Source of the DNA: Trichosphaerium sp. ATCC 40318 | Taxonomy: Eukaryota > Protista > Tubulinea | Assembly: GCA_038496445.1 (NCBI GenBank) | Contig: JALMLS010000446.1 | Span: 1 to 64,000, forward strand | Direction: 5' to 3' | DNA: 64,000 bases | Shown: piece by piece, positions 24,124 through 37,370 of the stretch | Layout: every line of letters begins with the position of its first letter | Numbering within the stretch: position 1 is the stretch's first letter | Notes under the pieces: model-generated | The model's database searches: none | What the model saw: the letters and a program-made list of their open reading frames with translations, nothing else | Told to the model about the DNA's origin: nothing | Program-made: the position numbers and the translations under genes

Positions 24124-25146
24124 TATTTCTAAGCCTTGAGAGTTGTTGTGTTGCTTTTGTGTTGTTGTAGTTTATGGACTATTTAAGTATTATATGGTAC
24201 TGTGTACACTGCTTAACCAAATTTCGATATCGCGCGATCGCACGTTTTTTATTTCGCTAGATAGCAATCGAATATGATGTAATAGATGTTCGCACATAGG
24301 ATTACTCGCGATCTTGAGGGTTTTTTGTAGTTTGTTGAGTCCCGTTTTAGACCTATTGTTTTACGTCGTTAAAGAGGGAGAGGACTCAGTTATTAGCTGA
24401 TCTTGCGAAGTACCTACAGAGTACACACAAAAAAGCGCTAGCGGCGATAAGTTTCTCCTTGAGGTTGTTATAAAAGCCTCTTTGGTTATCGTGATCGCGC
24501 TACAGCCCATCGCGATAGATAGTGCTGTAGTAAAAAGTGGAGCATTTCGATTACTTCACAACGACAACAAGTTAGTTGATAGCGTTGACTACGCTCAAAA
24601 CCGTCGGTTTCGTATTTTTGAAGAAGAAGAAAAACCGAAAAAATGCAATGTTGGGTTATCCACCCGAAGCTACATCCCCGAAACTAACCCATGGATGCCG
24701 ATATAACAAATAATCGGGTAAAGTTAATACACAAGCCGCTAGCTAGAATTTTTGCACCTTTGTGTTTGTCGCACAAAGGTGCAATTTTTTTCAAAGGAGA
24801 CACAAAATTTGCATGGTGCAAAAAAAGAGACACCCAATTACAAACTGGGCTCTCTTGTTTTTTATGAACGTGGGATGACACATACTAACGTAGCAGTAAC
24901 ATTGTTGGAAATAACTGGTTAAGAAATACCTGTCCATATTGTCCTTGGTTAGTTGTGTTCTGAGTTGAAGCGTTTCTCACATCACCACTTGTATTAATTT
25001 GACGTAACATGCATTGTCTCATTAAGAAAAGAGCTCTCGCTTTCTATTTTTTTTTCGTTTACTCATATTCTATTATATGTGTTGCTTTCGCGTACATAGG
25101 TTCTATTATACTTCTAAATCTTTAATTAATATAGTACTTATTACAA

Positions 25147-27442
25147 TCATGATGAAGCTTCCTCATCATCAGTCAATAAAGTCGCTGAAGAAGACTCTTC
25201 ATCGTCTGTCTGCAAATCTCTTGCAACACGCTTCTTTACTTTTCCTTCGTTTATCTTATTTATCAATTCGCACGCTTGGATATGTGGCGGTACGTGATCA
25301 GGGTCATCTACAAAAGTAGTTAAATCCTATCAAGTAAAAACAATAAGACTGTCCTACTCAACAAACAAAAGCCATGTTAGAGTTAAAGGTACCTATTGGT
25401 AGTAAGAACGCTGGTGTTTTCCCAGTCTTTCTACGGAAAACCTCCGCCATCATAGAAGGTGACGGATATGCTGTACAAGAAAAAAAAAAGTTAGACAAAA
25501 TCTACTACTATACTTCCTCGTACCTTTGTTACCAATTATAGCCGGATACTTATGAAACGTCGCCGGATCTTTTTTTGCCATTGCCTTTCGCAGTGATTTA
25601 ACCCGTTCTATGTCTTTATCACCAAGCACGATACCATAGTCCTAAATTGGAGTCACGTGATAATCACGTGTTTTGAAAAAAAAGAAGTACATCTTCGTCA
25701 TCATCGTCGCATCTAGCTTTCAATTCATCCATCAAATCAGATACATTATCGAAGTTAGTATCAAGAAAATCTTCAGCGTCAACATCTGTTATCTTATCAC
25801 TTCCACAAAGAGAACAGCAACAAAGCTTGAGTGTAATCCATGTTAACAGGTAACTCAGATGTACTATACCAATGTACCTGTACGAATGGAATTAATACAT
25901 AAATTTTAGTTGTGAATACGTTTTAAAAAGGTGTTGTGGAGAGGGTAACGCACTCAAAGATCATTGCAAGCCAAATACCAGCTCTTAGTCCGTAGATGTT
26001 AAGTGAACGTATTGGCTGTGCCTCTGTGATTAGCTGAGGCCATAGTTGTGCAGCAATAACAGTAACCATTACACCTATCATACCAGAATCGACGAAACCA
26101 ACTTTAAACCACGTAGGAAGCTTCACTTCTGTAAACGGGAAATATATCTTCACAAAATGTTAAAAACCAAGAAACGCAAACAAAATTGTCATGTATGTGG
26201 TCAATCACGTGAACACGATAAAGCAATAGGCATTAAGCATGGAAAATGTTTTAAAGTGCCTGCCTATTCGTGGTGGCCACGTGAAGACTTAAACTTCAGT
26301 GAACACATGACAAGAAAACAGAACTGAGCTGTTTTTGTCATAAAACGGCTAAATTAAAAGCAAATGAAATTAACGTACCATATCTGGGTAGTTCGTAAGC
26401 CTTGAAATAAAAAACACAGCGAGAACAACGAACACCTGTCTTCCCTAGAGTAACAATTACAATATTGAATAAAAGCCCAACTCAGGTGCACTCTACGCGT
26501 GGCTTAGCTCGTGAACAGCACGTAACAACAGACTTAGTACTCCTGACGTTCATAGTGTTCATTTGCTTAAAACCACTCCAATGCAACAAAACTATGGACA
26601 AGTAGTTCGTTATATCAAGAAACGTGCCATTAGAAATCGTGCGAGGTTGCCCTTGCGCGAAATGAACTTCACGTTCCCGTATGCTATCCTATGAGTATTT
26701 TTGATGGCTTGATAGTGGGTGCCGGCGCTTTTTACCAAACTACATGCAAGTGAGCGGACCACGTAATCTTTGAGCGGTGAGTTTCTGTACGCAACCACCA
26801 ACGTTTTGATGTACTAGGTACCTTATTTGTAGCCCTTCCATAGACCCCAAAATGAACATGCATAAAAAGAACAATGAACATCCGATGGCTGGGTGTAAAG
26901 GTAAGGCGGAGTAGTCACGTATAATGCCATACATGACGAACCTAATTTTGTTAGAATTTGACGTTTCAAAACACGTGCCAGAAGGCTTTAAATTAAACTG
27001 TCGGTTTAAACAACAAAGGAGACGTTCACTTTCAGTAAAAACCAAAAAAAAAAAGGGAATCACGTGCTAAAACTATCTGTTGACGCGTTATAAACGTTAC
27101 CCGAAGCAAAATATCCACAACAAAGTGCTGAATACAGTTCTCACTACAAAAAGTACTCGTATAATCCATTTACATGCTGTTTGCTTGCTTGATCTTGTAA
27201 TAGTGAGAGAAAGGAACAAAAGAAAGCTATGTCAAGGAAATGCTAATTTTGCTAGCCCCGATTTTTTTCAGTTTTAAATTGCTTGGCAGCGTACCGTTTT
27301 CTCTTCTTAACTTGCAAAGAAGGGCTGTTGTAGTTACTAGAATTTGTACCGTATGTTGTGTTAGCGGCCTAAAGGAGGTAATAAGTTAGGAACCTTATCT
27401 AAAGTAAATGACATCTATCTGACATACAGATTCAATGTCCAT
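25147..27442 (-). CDS. silicon-transporter-like protein (SIT-L)
   Basis: One EGLQ (EGxQ) and one GRQ motif in TM context (ILGSMEGLQI; RFLM-GRQVFVV), plus AQLWPQL; about 5 TM segments. Confidence 0.8.
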
Positions 27443-27820
27443 TTTGTTTGGTGTTGATTGTCAACTATTGCATGACTCGCTTAATCAATTTTGTACTCAA
27501 AACGTGCAATGAGTTGTCAATTGAATTTCTAACGCTTGTTCATACACTAAACCACAAAGGTGTTCACAGTAAACCTTGTCGCTCGGCTGAAAAAAATCGA
27601 AACAAACTACGACTATCCGATTTGTCGTCAGAATAGGTGTTAAAGCACTCAAACGCGTTCACGAAACAGCCTTATTCTTTACCTTGACATTACTAGCGTC
27701 GAGGTTCATCAATGGGACCGTTTTGCTTGAGTTTCATAAAATGTTAGCCCGTTGAAAAGTCTTCACTTAACGAGCGGCCTAACTACTTGTACAAGACAAT
27801 AATTCGTTTACAACCTGCCC

Positions 27821-30349
27821 ATGACGGAAGCTAAGAATATTTTTCGCGTTGGTGGTGTTCCAGAGCACTTTAACTATCCATGGCACATGGCCATCGAAAT
27901 GGGGTTGTTTAAGAAGCGTGGTGTCGAAGTACAGTGGGTTGAACAAAAACTGGGAACAGGTGCATAGAAACTCCGTAAAAACTCGCTAGCCTGACTCTTT
28001 TACGCGTAGGCGCAATGATTAAGGCTGTAAAGAGCGGTGAGGTAAAGATTGTATGACGTGCGTCAAAAACTCATAATAATTGTAGGTGGACATGGTACTA
28101 GCGCTAACAGAAGGATTGGTGGGTGATATACTGCAAGGGTCTGATCTACGCCTCGTTGGCACATACGTCAAATCAGTACGCTTTCAACGCAACGTCGTCG
28201 CATTTACAACTTTAGCCGTTGACATGGGCTGTGAGTACTGGAAGTAAATCAAAGTTCAACAGTATTGAGGACCTAAAGAGCCAGGCACGCGCAAAAACGT
28301 TTTACTTTCTATCAAAATGTAACATGAGTACAGAAATTTGGCATCTCTAGGTTCAAGTCAGGTTCTCACCTCATGGTTTGCGTATTAGCGCTTGAGCGCG
28401 GATGGCATCCTTCCAGAGACATTTCCTTTGAAGTAAAAGGAGACTTTAAGAGTGAGAACAGCTACACTCTTTGTAAACTAACATGAGCTTTCAGGTCTTA
28501 GAGATGGTCTAAATGATGACTCCACTGCAGCTTTCCTATGGGAGGTACGTCAATGCTGAGTTTTTAACGTTTTCCTTTGCTAATAGCAGGTCAACAGACG
28601 TTTACGACGAAGCCATACCATGACTCTGGTGAGATTAGGCGTATTGGACAAATAACTACTCCATGGCCTTGCTTCCAAATGGCTTGCAGAAAGGAAACGG
28701 TAGAAAACCGCTCAGAAGTCCTTGAAAAGGTATTCATCACAGAATTTTAACTCAGTCATCTAAACCTCATAACAGGTCATTGAAGCAATACAAGAAGCTT
28801 GCGTTTTGTTCCACAGCAACAAAGACATGCCAGAAATTATTGCGAAGCGTTATGGATTGAAATCAGAAGATGCTAAAGCGTACGGAGAATTGTCATTATT
28901 TCGCTTGTGATATGCTTAATAGTTGGTTCGTTTAGGTGGTATGATGCCGTACATATTGCAGCTGAACGTACAATTGCTGAAGCAGGTCTTGAGCGTGCAA
29001 TGATTGCTCTTATTCAAGCTGGAGTAAGTCAAAGTTGTTTTTATTGGATTTGTTCTTATCTATTAGGTTATACCAAAAGCAGAATACAATGTTGCTGATG
29101 TTGTAGCACCTTCTTTGTGCTCTCTAAGAAAGGATATTAAATTCATCAAATTGTACAACAAACCAGAGTTGCTAAAGGTAAATGCTCGCTTTTCTCAAAT
29201 TTTTCTTTTTTCCAATTTATTGTCGTATTAATATGTCGCTCTAGAGCTTCTACAACAATCTCAGAGAGAATAAATTAATTAAGGGACCAATTGAGTACAA
29301 GAGCCTATTGCCTTATGATCAGGTACGATTTTCTTTTGGATACACATTATTTTGTGTGGATTCTTACAATGAAGTTTTAGCATCACTACTTTGGTGTTGA
29401 CGCTCTTGAGGAAGCAAAAAAACTTCTCAGCATAGACGAGAAATCTTCTATTATCAACATTGGTTCAGGTCTTGGTGGCCCAGCCAGGTATTTTGCTGGA
29501 GAACACAAAGGTAAGCACAAACAAAACCAGGAGTATTCTTTTTGTCTTCTAACTCTTTTTTCTTAGTCCAGCGCGTCTTGGCTGTAGAGTTACAAGATGA
29601 CCTTAACAGAGCAGCTTCTGAATTAACTGAGAGGTAACTTCTAACTCAGTTTTCGAAGGATTTATCGGCTAACATTTGTTTGTAAGGTGTTCTCTATCTG
29701 GCAAGGTTACTCATATCTGTGGTGACTTTTTAAAGGTTGGTGAATACCTTGGTGCAGATTCTTTCGATCACATTGTCTCCTGGTTGACAGTATTGCATAT
29801 TAAAGATCGTGAAACTCTATTCAAGACAGTGCGTTTATTTCCGCTTTCGTAAATGCCAAACTAACCTTTGGGTCATTGTAGAGCAACAAGGTGTTGAAGA
29901 AAGGAGGTCTCTTCTTCGCTGAGGATTTCTACGCTTTGAAACCGCTCAACGCTCGCGAGAAGCATGTACGAATAGCATCCAAAGCTTGTTCTTGCCATTT
30001 ACGCTCTTTTTGTAGATTTTAGAAGAGGAAGTATTCTGTCCTTACGTGCCAAGCATGGAAGAGTACAAGAAACAAATTACTGATCAAGGCTTCGAGATTG
30101 TAGAGGCACGAGTAGCGTGACTTTAAAATTAGTATCTTAACATTGAGCCTGTAGTGTACTGATCTAACTGAATCGTGGCTTGAATACTCTAAAAAAAGAG
30201 TTGCGTACTGGGACGGTAACAAGGAAGAATTAACTCGCGTCCATCGCGCTGACACGTTCAAAAGACTTCGTTTCTTCTACAATACTATCAAAGAGTTATA
30301 TGAGGGAGGATCCCTTGGCGGCTTGCGTATTATCGCCCGTAAACTGTAA
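27821..30349 (+). CDS. fusion of NMT1/THI5-SsuA-like substrate-binding domain and class I SAM-dependent methyltransferase
   Basis: N-terminal RVGGVPEHFNYPW, GTGAMI, ALTEG, FLWE-TFTTKPY and TPWPCF; C-terminal YDQ-HHYFG and NIGSGLGGPARY. Continuous frame across GT/GC-AG introns. Confidence 0.8.
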
Positions 30350-30508
30350 ACGAAGTTATATGTACTGAGTGAAAAATACAAAAAAAATTATTGTTTTAAG
30401 TGAGCGTTCTAAACCACTTGTATTGTTTTTTTTTTGCCTTGCAACGCTTCCTTTAAGCGTATTTTTATTAACTAACAACCTATAGAGTAAAAGAGTAGAG
30501 AAAACAAG

Positions 30509-31714
30509 ATGAGTGGATACGACGAGCCTGATATTAGAGTCACAGTAAACCTTAACGATGCTGCAGTCGATTCGACAAAAAGAGATAACGTTCGACGCGA
30601 AAACTATGGAAGAGCGCCCAAAAACCATCGGCGGATAGACTCAGCAACAAACTTGAACAAGCGAAAAAAACGATTTAACTTGCAAAATTCCTCCAACGAC
30701 GACGAAAATGAGCTAGATTACTCCCCACCGCGTAAGAAGTCACGTATATTAACAGATGAAGATAAAGAGAGCGAAGTACTTTTCTCCACACAACAACTCA
30801 AACTACGCCAACAACGTTTTGGCAAGACACTACCAAGAGGGATAGATTCAGCATTAGAACCAAAGAAGAACAAAGCCAAATCCAAACGCTTCAAGCGCAC
30901 AGGCGCTAAACTAAGCGACAGCACAAGTTCAATAGAAGATGAAGAGGAGTTAAAAAGACGACGAGCAAGAGCGAGACGATTTGAAAGCAATGGCAGCCCA
31001 GGAGCACCACGAAGAAAAACTCAAACAAAAACGAACACAAACTTGTCCACACAACAACAGAACGACGTTAGCAACGGCACAAGACTTACACGACATACAA
31101 GAACGCGAGAAGGTAACCATACACCAACAGACTACGCCAACAACAACGAAACGAACTCTGAGGAAGTGACAGACCTTACAAAGATTGATGGAGATGAAGG
31201 CACCGATCCTGTACTTTCCCCAACGGATTTTTTAAAGTCGGTTATACCGGAGGCAATTGAAGCCCGAGACCAGAAAATAGCCTCTAGAGGATCTATACAG
31301 AGCGAGGAACAAGATAGCATAAGTAATGAAGCATCAGAAGCCAAAGAAAGAGCGGTGATAAGCATTGACGATTTGGAATCAAAACAAACGTATGAGGAAG
31401 CTCAGATGGAGATTGAGGCACTAAAACGAGAAGTAGCCAAGAAAGATAAAAGAATAGAATCACAGAAAGGACAACTTGTTACTGTCCGTAAGGACTTGTT
31501 TGAACAGAGGAAAGCTAATGAGACTCTTAAAAGTGATGTAACGAACTGGCAGAACCAGTGTTTTCAACATGTCGGAAAAATGAAGCATTTGGAGGATAGG
31601 ATTACTGAACTGTCCAAAAAGGATGAGAAGAATCAACAGTTAATTAGAGTATTGCGTAACATCGAATTGGATTACCACAACCTAAAGAAAAAGGTCGCAA
31701 ACCTAGTACAGTAG
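30509..31714 (+). CDS. intronless disordered protein with C-terminal coiled coil and basic NLS-like tracts
   Basis: 401-aa ORF containing RQQRFG and RRARARRF motifs and a heptad-rich C-terminus. Confidence 0.7.
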   Translation: MSGYDEPDIRVTVNLNDAAVDSTKRDNVRRENYGRAPKNHRRIDSATNLNKRKKRFNLQNSSNDDENELDYSPPRKKSRILTDEDKESEVLFSTQQLKLRQQRFGKTLPRGIDSALEPKKNKAKSKRFKRTGAKLSDSTSSIEDEEELKRRRARARRFESNGSPGAPRRKTQTKTNTNLSTQQQNDVSNGTRLTRHTRTREGNHTPTDYANNNETNSEEVTDLTKIDGDEGTDPVLSPTDFLKSVIPEAIEARDQKIASRGSIQSEEQDSISNEASEAKERAVISIDDLESKQTYEEAQMEIEALKREVAKKDKRIESQKGQLVTVRKDLFEQRKANETLKSDVTNWQNQCFQHVGKMKHLEDRITELSKKDEKNQQLIRVLRNIELDYHNLKKKVANLVQ

Positions 31715-32180
31715 AACGGCGGACTCTTTTTTTCCCGTCTTGGATTTTTTTGGATAAAAAACCAATACTATGGATATTGGCCTCAGCATACAGCAAAGAC
31801 GTACATTGACAAGTACGTTGACGATTACGTAACAAATACAGAATGGGAGACGATTTATGGGTTAAAAACAATGGGGTGGAAAGATTATTTGTAATTTTTT
31901 TTTCATTGGAAATGTACTTTTAATAAAAATGGTGATGACCTGGTTTTTAAGGTCTTTAAGTATTCGTTTGTAGCGTCTTACATTTAATTTGATAAAGTAT
32001 TCCAAGGAAATGTACCTTCATTAGTCTCACACTGGCGCGTGGATGAACATTTTGTGTAAGCACATTTTTTTGTTTTGATTTTGACTGCCAACCTTTTTTC
32101 CATAACGTTAAGTGAGTATGTCGCGCAAGAGTAAGAAAAAGAAGGAAACAACGGTACGTTAATCACGTGATATACCCTAA

Positions 32181-35100
32181 ATGAGTAACATAAAACAGCC
32201 ATTACTCATGGAGACACTCGATTCCAGCGCAGGAGTGCCTTTAGATGATGACATACTAGACACGAAGGATGAAGAGAAGGTTTGGTATTGTTAAAGTTAA
32301 CCACCTTATTCGTTATACAGGGACTCGTTCAAGGTTTAAGAGCAAGTATCTCCTTTGAGGAAGCGGAATACCTCCTCGTACTTCCAAAGGATATTTCTGG
32401 CCTGTCAAAGGCGTTATCGTTACCTGGGCATGAAGATACAGTTCGTAAGCAGTTGAAAGATAAACATGCTATGATTTTAAAACGCTTAAGAAGTGTTGGC
32501 CTTGAGGTACAAGGGGAATAGCTCATTTAACTGGTTACCATGTGACGCTAACTTTGAAAAAAAAGATACACGAAGTAGAGCCAGATGTACCTGTTGAAGA
32601 AACGTATTTTCTAGTAGGTACGCTAATAAATATCACGTGACAGATATCTTTGGCAAACTCCCTCCAAACCGAGGGTTATCGTTAGTATACTAACGTACTT
32701 TTGTTAGATGCACCAGATTCACTACTAGAGAAACGTGCGGAGGCTTTGGAACTTGAGAAAAGATTAAACGTACGTTGTACACATGATTTAACAACTCCGA
32801 GCTAGTTCGTTTTTATATTCTTTAGGATCATCATGGTGGCGGTTTTGCACAGTTCACGTGCGCAGAGAGGGGTACTTTTAAGAAATACAAAAAAGGAACA
32901 GAGTTATTCAAGACAATCGAAAAGCTTCGTATCATTGAAGATCTTGTACGTGGTACAAGAAGAAACGGAGGAGCCCATTTGAGTGAGTACTGTTTTTTTT
33001 TGAGTCCCTTTGGCTTTTATGTTGTTTAACACAATTCTTTTTAAACAAAGATATGCGTGGTTATGTTATGGATGGCGTTGTATCTGCTTTCTTTCCACTT
33101 CACGAAGGTACGTGTCCGAAACAGTTTTTTTAGTTCATTTTTTTTTGTGTTTGCTGTTGTTCTCTACGCGTGGTCACGTGGTATTATTGAGCTCATTTAT
33201 TGACTTTATAATTTAGAAAAAGCTAGGGATTGGTTAATGAAGAATTGGGTATGGAACATTAACGATCAACCACTAAGAAAAGTGCGTAACTATTTTGGTG
33301 AAAAGTTGGCTCTTTACTTCACTTGGTTGGGTACGCTTGCTTAGTTTCATAAAATATTTTTATTAAATGATTCGATAGGTTTCTACACTTGTTGGTTATG
33401 GAGTGCTGCTGCATTCGGACTTATCATTTTTGCTGTAAGTATCAATTGAAAAAAGTAAAAAATCAAAAATCTACTTGACTTACTTTACCATTTTAGATTG
33501 AGCTTAGAATCGGATTTGACAGTTATGCTGCACTTGGTATGTCGATTCATTATTAATAATCACAGTACTAACGCACTCAAAGCATATGCCGTCTTTATTT
33601 CTGTATGGGCTACGCTCTTTTTGGAGTTCTGGAAGAGAAAACAAGCGGTACACTTTCAAATTTTACTTGATGGTATAAAACCTTATTGCTGTCTTTAGAC
33701 TGTGGCTTGGAAATGGAATATGCAAAACTACGAAATGGAGGCACGTTCATTTTTAGTATAGACATGCTGTAGTCTAAGTTTTGGTTAGGAAAAAAAACGA
33801 CCAGAGTTCGTTGGTTCATTGGAAAACGGCATATACTGGGCTGGACTATGGCTTAAATTCGATAAAGAAGCAAAAACAGATGAAACGTTGGCTAACGTAT
33901 ACAGAGTACACGCTCAAAGTAAGTGATAATTTATTAACACAGTTATGTTGATTGTTGCTTTTAGAGAGATACCAAGTCGGTAAATACTTTATCAACTTCC
34001 CGTTAATCTTTACTTTGGTGAGTCAATCAGAAGTTTTTTTTGATTTTTTCTTTCGCTCCCTTTTGTTGTCTTTTGGCTTTTCTCGGTTTTTTTATTGTCG
34101 TAATAGATTCTTGCTGTTGTCTTTGCTGCATTTGGTATCATTATTTTCAAAGAAGTATTCTCTAAAACTTTCTACGGACCTTATCTTGGCGCTGCTGTAA
34201 GTAACAGATATTTTGTTAGTTGTATTTTTTTATGTCTCTTACATTGTTTTTCTAGTTGAACGGTGTTGGTACGTTTGAGGTTTTCTTCCTGTATAAGATG
34301 ATTTAAAACTGTATTTTCTATATCTTATTCATTATCCTAGCTATTATGATATTGGAAGTACTTTACAGGTAAGAGGATACAATAAATTTATCTTTTTTTA
34401 TTTTTTTTGGACCTAGTTCAGTTTTTCTTTCTCTGTTCTTACATTTTAAAGATGGATTGCTATCAAACTAAACAATTGGGAAAATCACCGTACTGATACA
34501 GCTTATGAAGATAACTTGGTATGTATTTATCCGAACTTGTTTCTGAGAGAGCACATGTGCTCCAGAAACTACTCAATTTGTTTGCTTTTTTTAAAATGTT
34601 GTAGATTCTTAAGTACTTTCTCTTTCAATTTGTGAACGCATACATCGCCCTATTTTATATTGCATTCATGAAGAATCGTCAATGGAATCTTGGTTTCTAT
34701 ACACATACTTTTAAATCTCGTTGTAGCCCAGATTGTCTAACTGAATTGTCCATCAGTTTGGGTACGCAGTATCGAGTCTTTTTTTTTTTCCTTGGGTTCT
34801 TAACCTTTTGTTAGGTACCATTCTATTCACTAGGTTGTTCATTTTGAACGCAATTGAAGTTCTATGGCCTCTCATATACTCTCGTATTTCTTTACTATGT
34901 GGTGGCCGTAAAAGGACAAAGCGTAACACGAAATTCAGGTAAAAAACATTTTTACTCTTTTTGAATGGGCACAAACTAATCTTTTGTAAAGACAACTCGT
35001 CGCTCAAAGAGATTTATCTGACTATGCTGTACGTGATAATATTATCCACATTCTTACTAATTAATATTTCACAGGGCGTTTTGGATCAGTACAATGAAAT

Positions 35101-35962
35101 GGTCATCCAAGTACGACTCAACTTCAGTTTTGCTTTTTTGGGAATATCTCATGTTGTGCACGTGATTGACATTTATTGTTTTTACAGTTTGGATATGTGA
35201 CATTATTTGCACCAGCATTTCCTCTAGCCCCACTATTGGCTCTAGTCAGTAACCTGGTAACCTACAACTTCAACATGCTTTAATTTTTTTTTGCAAAACT
35301 GACTTTTTTTCATTTAGGTTGAAATTCGTTCTGACGCCTTCACTTACTTGGTATCTACCAAAAGACCACAGTATGAAGGTGCAAAGGATATTGGTACTTG
35401 GTATCATGTATTGGAGCTCATGAGTTACCTCGCTGTTATATGTAACATGTGTCTCATAGGTAAACATAACAAACAGCTTAACTTGATTGCTTAACAGATA
35501 TTTTTCTCCAAACTTTTCTTGTCCTCTTGCATTGCTGATTTCTTTTAGCTTTTACTCAAACTGTGACTCGTCAAAATGCACTCTTAGTAGCTTTACTTTT
35601 CGAGAACTTGGTGTTCTTCCTCAAATGGCTAATCGCTGCTATCATTCCAGATACACCAACACGTGTTAAAAAGTGCGTTGCTTTTTTCTTTAGTTTGTTT
35701 TCTTGCTCATTGTTAACACGTGGGTTTTTAGGCAACTTGCTCGTGAAGACTTTTTACATAAATATGCCAACGGTACCGCTGGTATTGGATCAGCAAAGAC
35801 AGATGGAAAAGGTAAACAAAAGAATACTTTAACAACGAATTCTGTTGAAACTAACAATTTTTTTTTCAAACAGAGTTCTGGACCGATGAAGAAGAAGAAC
35901 TTGAGGAACAAAAGAAAGAATATGCTCGCACCAAATCAAGGCGTGCACGTGCGTTGGTATAA
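32181..35962 (+). CDS. anoctamin/TMEM16 family channel-scramblase
   Basis: FPLHE, VRNYFGEKLALYFTWLG, WATLFLEFWKRKQ, WENHRT, FLFQFVN, YNEMVIQ-FGYVTLF..AFPLAP, EIRSDA and DIGTW; more than 20 exons. Confidence 0.95.
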
Positions 35963-36346
35963 AAGAATATCAAAATACATTCTCAAATATCAATAAACAA
36001 CGTTTTAATACCGGTTATTTCTTCTCTTGGCTTATGACCTTGTGAAGACTTCTTTCTTTAATTTTCAGTTCACCACAATCTAAAAAGAATTGGTCAACGT
36101 GTTCTGCAACTGATAACCGCTTATTCCACCCTGTATTTGATGAATCGCATCATTCTATCGGCCTTAATTAAAAAGTGTGGCTAGTCAGAAAGAGGCTCTG
36201 GAAAGTTGTTGTTCTGTCCTGTTGTTAGTGCTTCCTTCAAAATTATTGCATTTGTATGAAGTTTGCTTCATTGTATTCATTGTACCTTAATGGTGATTAA
36301 GCAGCACACGTGCAAAAAACAATTGTGGCTGGACAAAAAAACGTAC

Positions 36347-37357
36347 ATGCTTCAGCCTGAAAAGATGCTAGATCAACATTCTGATGTTTGTGGGTACTCA
36401 AACCTTATCAACAAGCTTTCTAAAACAAGTGCTTCTTGTTTTTTACATAATAACGGCTAACACGCTGTTTAACTCTTCGTCATAGATTTCTACGACTACC
36501 GCTTGAACTACACGTGATGATATTGGACAATGCTTCAAGCGATATATTTGTTAATTGGCCTTTAATTTGTAGCCATACAGCGCTTACAACAAGGTTTACG
36601 ACATCCCTTGAAAAGCAGGGTATTTGGAAGCGCTTTCGTTCTGAAAAAAACATGATAACTGAGGAACAATCATATGTAAATGGTAAGAGACATGGTCCTG
36701 GTAAGGAGTGGTTTCCTTCAACTGGAAATTTATTTTGTACTGTTAATTATAAGGATGATGTTAAACATGGTCTGTATGTTGAATATTTTTACTATAAACC
36801 TGAACAATGCGTTACAAGATGTTATTATAACAACGGCATAATTGAAGGAGAGTACAGAAGGTAAGCATAGGCGTAGAATTTGGGCTGAATTGCCGACATA
36901 AAATAAGGATAAAAAATACATACAGCAACTCACTTTCTCTTCGTCCATCCGTCGTTATTTTTGTGTCTTTTTGAACCTAAACGCCTTTTTTATCTTATTC
37001 AATATCGTACTTACGGCGTCAATGTGTCAAAACTATATTACAAAGGGACAGCGCTCAGTATTGTTTAACTGAAAGTTTTGATGTTTGTTTTGAAAATTTT
37101 TTTTTTCTGGCAACATTCTTTCTCCATTTGCTAACAACGTTATGAATAGTTGGAATCAAAATGGAAAGATATCAGAAATATCCGAGTATAAAGACGGAAA
37201 GCGTCACGGTATATGTACAATGTACGAGGGTAGCTATACAACAGTTTGTCCATATGTTAGAGGTAAAAGACATGGAGTACAAGTGAATACAAGTCCATCT
37301 GGGGACGTAAAAAAGCATAGATATCATAGAGGAAAATACATACGAACCGCGCGGTAA
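36347..37357 (+). CDS. MORN-variant repeat protein (YwqK-like repeats)
   Basis: YVNGKRHG, YKDDVKHG, YNNGIIEG, YKDGKRHG and YVRGKRHG repeats. Start codon uncertain. Confidence 0.7.
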
Positions 37358-37370
37358 ATGTATACAGAGT

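Noticed and set aside
27450-28340. TPP riboswitch expected near an NMT1/THI5-like gene
   Set aside because: No CUGAGA/ACCUG aptamer core was found upstream or in the first introns.
36000-36340. Coding-like texture on the minus strand between anoctamin and the MORN gene
   Set aside because: Multiple stops and no recognisable homology.
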